This document shows, piece by piece, positions 27,176 through 29,938 of a DNA stretch of 29,938 nucleotides; within the stretch, counting starts at the first letter, position 1; the number at the start of each line of letters is the position of its first letter. This DNA is from a virus (lineage: Duplodnaviria; Caudoviricetes). Made by a program: the position numbers and the translations under genes. Location of the stretch: the IMG/VR virus record IMGVR_UViG_3300017784_001746, positions 1-29,938 of that record; one strand, written 5' to 3'. Under the pieces are notes generated by a model. It did not search any database. It was not told the origin of the DNA and saw only the letters and a list, made by a program, of their open reading frames with translations.

Positions 27176-27183
27176 TGAAGTTT

Positions 27184-27272
27184 GCGGCGGAATGGGTGGC
27201 CGGGTTGGGTGACCGGGTTGGCGTTCCCATTCCGCCGCGCCTGTGGACAAGACGTGGGGGTTGTGTCCACAG
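27184..27272. repeat. Two adjacent inverted repeats
   Basis: gcggcggaatggg/cccattccgccgc (13 bp perfect, 27184-27238) and ctgtggaca/tgtccacag (9 bp perfect, 27241-27272). Confidence 0.8.
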
Positions 27273-27275
27273 AAG

Positions 27276-27515
27276 TCATGCGCTGCCCCAGCAGACGTAG
27301 TTTGTTTGTCTCCAGGCCAACGAAATCATTTTTCGACGCGCCTCTGCATTGCTCACCTGCCACTCTGAAACATCGTATTGTTCATCAGCACTTCCGGTGA
27401 GGTACCGGCGAACAGGAAGCAGTTCGACGCAAATAACTACTTTGCCTGTGTGATCCAACCCGGCGACGACGCCGGCTGGTAGTTGTTCGTTGATATTAAT
27501 TGGTGGAGAGATCAC
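27276..27515 (-). CDS. Hypothetical protein (about 79 aa, GTG start uncertain)
   Basis: Open frame VISPPININEQLPAGVVAGLDHTGKVVICVELLP..., with purine-rich gaggg upstream of the GTG. Confidence 0.5.
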   Translation of the reverse strand: MISPPININEQLPAGVVAGLDHTGKVVICVELLPVRRYLTGSADEQYDVSEWQVSNAEARRKMISLAWRQTNYVCWGSA

Positions 27516-27672
27516 TGAGTTTTTCCCTCTCAGTTTGCAAGAAGCGCCGCAGTGCGAGTTCAACCGCTTCTTTCTTCTTTACCGTTGTATTTTCACAGAA
27601 AGCGTTCAAACCGTCAATGACGTCGGCGGGTACGCGGACGTTAAGCTGTAGTTCTGGAACTGGCTTACGCAT
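27496..27672 (-). CDS. Putative ribbon-helix-helix (Arc/CopG-like) DNA-binding protein (58 aa)
   Basis: Hand-translated as MRKPVPELQLNVRVPADVIDGLNAFCENTTVKKKEAVELALRRFLQTEREKLSDLSTN: a beta strand QLNVRV followed by two helices. Start overlaps the neuC stop. Confidence 0.7.
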   Translation of the reverse strand: MRKPVPELQLNVRVPADVIDGLNAFCENTTVKKKEAVELALRRFLQTEREKLSDLSTN

Positions 27673-28627
27673 TAATCAGACCAGCGACTACGGCGGCGAT
27701 CCTTGGCGCAGCCCCGCCACAATAGATCGGATTCGAAGGGCCTTTCCACAATAAGGCCCTATGGATGTCGGCAAGCGAGTGAAATACAGACCCGGCCATC
27801 TCTCGGCCTGATTGGCGGTCGCCAATGTTGATGGACGGCACGCCAACCCATGGTGCCTCGATAACTCCGGCGCTGGAGTTGCCGATTACGAGAACGGCGG
27901 ACTGCATGAGAGAAATATACAAATCGTGGGACATGTTTTCTCGAATTTCCCCAAATCCGCACTGTCCAATAAGCGCCCTAATCTCATTCGCTCCAGGGTC
28001 TGTGTTAACACCACAAAACACAATCGCGTGCGTTTCGTTAAGACGCCTTAACAACTCAAGCATCTTCCGGCAATCACCCAGACCGTAGTCTGTCGCCATC
28101 GTAACTGGATGGTAAGTAACTAGGATCAGTTTCGTATCACGGCGAGCGGAGTTGCCGGGAATGCCGTCGAGGCCAGGAGCGCCTGTGATGTGGATGCGTT
28201 TTATATTATCGCCGCCACCCAACTCAAACACACGATTCTTCGCATCATCCGTCGCCACGCAATGCGCCCCGCCGCTCTGCTCGGCCAGATGCGTAATCCC
28301 GTGACGCAGCGCGTTGTCGAACGAACCGGTCGTCGTCTCGCCGCCGTGGATGTGGACGATCTTCACACGGAGGAACATCGCTGCGAGAGCCGCCGAGAGG
28401 GTCTCGTACCGGTCGCCAAGGACAACAACGACGCTTGGATTTAATCGACGAATTTGCATGTCGAACCACTGCAAGGCATCAGCAGAACGCTGCGCCACAG
28501 GCTCAACAATCAAGCGCGGCATCCAGTTCAAAACAACCGCCCCAGGCATCTCCGCAATAACGCTCTGAAGCGGCCCAGCCTCTGCGCGGCTGTTGGAAAT
28601 AACGACAACCTTGGAAAAATCACTCAC
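27665..28627 (-). CDS. neuC: UDP-N-acetylglucosamine 2-epimerase, hydrolysing (NeuC/LegG family)
   Basis: SRAE, VLGDRYE, HIHGGETTTGSFDNALRHGIT, TGAPGLD, LVTYHPVT, IGNSSAGVIEAP and NIGDRQSGR. Confidence 0.88.
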   Translation of the reverse strand: MSDFSKVVVISNSRAEAGPLQSVIAEMPGAVVLNWMPRLIVEPVAQRSADALQWFDMQIRRLNPSVVVVLGDRYETLSAALAAMFLRVKIVHIHGGETTTGSFDNALRHGITHLAEQSGGAHCVATDDAKNRVFELGGGDNIKRIHITGAPGLDGIPGNSARRDTKLILVTYHPVTMATDYGLGDCRKMLELLRRLNETHAIVFCGVNTDPGANEIRALIGQCGFGEIRENMSHDLYISLMQSAVLVIGNSSAGVIEAPWVGVPSINIGDRQSGREMAGSVFHSLADIHRALLWKGPSNPIYCGGAAPRIAAVVAGLINA

Positions 28628-29270
28628 TTACCGCTCTCCCCATCCCTGGAATCCGCGCCCCGGCAATGCGGGCCGACTCCTCAAGAGATGACGTCTTACC
28701 GACAACCACCCGAGCCGGATTGCCGACGACGATTTCGCCGTCATGCACGTTGCGAACGACGACCGCGCCGGCCCCAATCACGCACCGAGAGCCAATCTTG
28801 ATCCCCTGCACCACAACAGCGCCGGCCCCAATATGCGTTTCCTCGCCAACCCTAACACCCCCGCACAAAACGGCACGCGGGGCGATGTGCGAGTGAGCGC
28901 CAACAAAGCAGTCGTGTTCGACAACGCAAGCGGTGTTCAGGATGACATTCTCTTTGATGACGGCGCGTGGGTTGACCACAGAGAGCGGCATCATCTGCAC
29001 AGTCACATCGATGGTGCTGGCGTATGTGAAAGCCGACGTGTGCCGCATTCCAACAATGCGGCCATCGTATTTCTCAAACAATGCGCGTCGAAGGGAAAGA
29101 CCGCTGTCACCAAAGACGGCCTTGTTACCGACGCCAATGCAGACGTCCTTGCCTTCGTCGATTTCCCACATCGGCTGGAAATACATAACTTCACGTCCGC
29201 CCTCGGTAATAAACAAACCGAGCATTCGACCGTGAGATCCGTTTCCTACGATAGCAACTACGCGATGCAT
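28620..29270 (-). CDS. NeuD/PglD/LegH-family sugar acetyltransferase
   Basis: N-terminal IVGNGSHG Rossmann-like motif, NTACVVEHDC..G.HSHIAP, hexapeptide repeats and VVGNPAR. Confidence 0.88.
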   Translation of the reverse strand: MHRVVAIVGNGSHGRMLGLFITEGGREVMYFQPMWEIDEGKDVCIGVGNKAVFGDSGLSLRRALFEKYDGRIVGMRHTSAFTYASTIDVTVQMMPLSVVNPRAVIKENVILNTACVVEHDCFVGAHSHIAPRAVLCGGVRVGEETHIGAGAVVVQGIKIGSRCVIGAGAVVVRNVHDGEIVVGNPARVVVGKTSSLEESARIAGARIPGMGRAVSE

Positions 29271-29869
29271 GTTAATCCCCCGTCGACCATAAGAACCTGA
29301 CCGGTGATATACCGGGCGGCATCACTCGCTAGAAACATAATCGGGCCAACGACGTCGCCTTCAGTAGCCATGCGGCCCAGCGGAACCCTAGCGGCATACC
29401 TCAGAAAGAACTTAGGCGTATGCCCTCGAAATAAACCGCCGGGACATACGCAATTTGACCTGACCGGTGCGCCGGTCGTCGCTTGATGCTTGGTCAGCGC
29501 GATTAACGCGCCCTTCGCGGCGACGTACCATGCCGGCGTCGGCAGTACCTCGGTATCAAGGTACATCCTTGGATCTGACCCGACCACGCCGTAAATGCTG
29601 CCGACATTGACGATGCAGTCACGCGCCAACATGGCGATGGCGTTGTGCGCCTTCCACTCCTGCGTCTTTGCATTGCAAATGACGACGTCTGGTTTGCCAA
29701 CCGATATCAGCTTGTCAAAGTCGAGTTCTGGCGCGTCCAAATTCCATATGATGTCCGCCTTCTCAAGGTCGATGCCAACAACATGATCGCCTTGCGCCCT
29801 GAACGCTTCAACAAGCGCCCGCCCGAGATGGCCCGCGCTACCGGTAATAACCACCTTACGCCCCGCCAT
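29258..29869 (-). CDS. Short-chain dehydrogenase/reductase, resembling PtmA-like SDRs of nonulosonate clusters
   Basis: TGSAGHLG, IVNVGSIYGVVG.D..MY, catalytic YVAAK, VRSNCVCPGG, PLGRMA and YITGQVLMVDGG. AGGAGG ribosome-binding site. Confidence 0.85.
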   Translation of the reverse strand: MAGRKVVITGSAGHLGRALVEAFRAQGDHVVGIDLEKADIIWNLDAPELDFDKLISVGKPDVVICNAKTQEWKAHNAIAMLARDCIVNVGSIYGVVGSDPRMYLDTEVLPTPAWYVAAKGALIALTKHQATTGAPVRSNCVCPGGLFRGHTPKFFLRYAARVPLGRMATEGDVVGPIMFLASDAARYITGQVLMVDGGLTCIA

Positions 29870-29938
29870 TGACGATCCTCCTTAAGATTTTGATTGTTTG
29901 TTTCGGTGTGTCGTTTAACGAAGAATACAAGTCATCGA
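29856..29938 (-). CDS. Probable 3' end of an upstream gene (truncated by the window)
   Basis: Open frame DDLYSSLNDTPKQTIKILRRIVNGGA* overlapping the SDR start. Confidence 0.4.
   Translation of the reverse strand, partial: DDLYSSLNDTPKQTIKILRRIVNGGA

Noticed and set aside
27241-27272. Replication origin call from DnaA-box-like 9-mers
   Set aside because: Only two imperfect boxes, no AT-rich unwinding element and no adjacent replication gene, which is too little to call an origin.
47-29872. Numerous plus-strand ORFs, some over 300 aa (e.g. 2644-3678, 21474-22571)
   Set aside because: They are antisense shadows of GC-rich minus-strand genes, with no recognisable motifs and Arg/Pro-skewed composition.

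Overview
This window is the packaging and morphogenesis region of a tailed dsDNA phage, probably short-tailed (podovirus-like), with every credible gene on the minus strand. In transcription order (right to left) it holds: the distal end of a nonulosonic acid (sialic/legionaminic-type) sugar biosynthesis cluster (SDR, NeuD-family acetyltransferase, NeuC-family UDP-GlcNAc 2-epimerase); a small ribbon-helix-helix regulator; terminase small subunit; terminase large subunit interrupted in its Walker A motif by an Ala-initiated, class-3-like LAGLIDADG intein; portal; a basic 'AxGG'-motif protein; GroES-like co-chaperonin; scaffold; capsid genes; Ser/Thr/Ala/Gly-rich virion proteins; two adaptor-like proteins; a glycine-rich fibre; a nozzle-like protein; and putative ejection proteins. 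The most interesting signal is a Maf/sialyltransferase-like glycosyltransferase gene inside the capsid module, flanked by two paralogous Thr/Ser-rich proteins. Together with the neu-like genes, this suggests a phage-encoded system that decorates its own virion with a nonulosonic acid. All family assignments come from motif recognition by eye; no database search was run.
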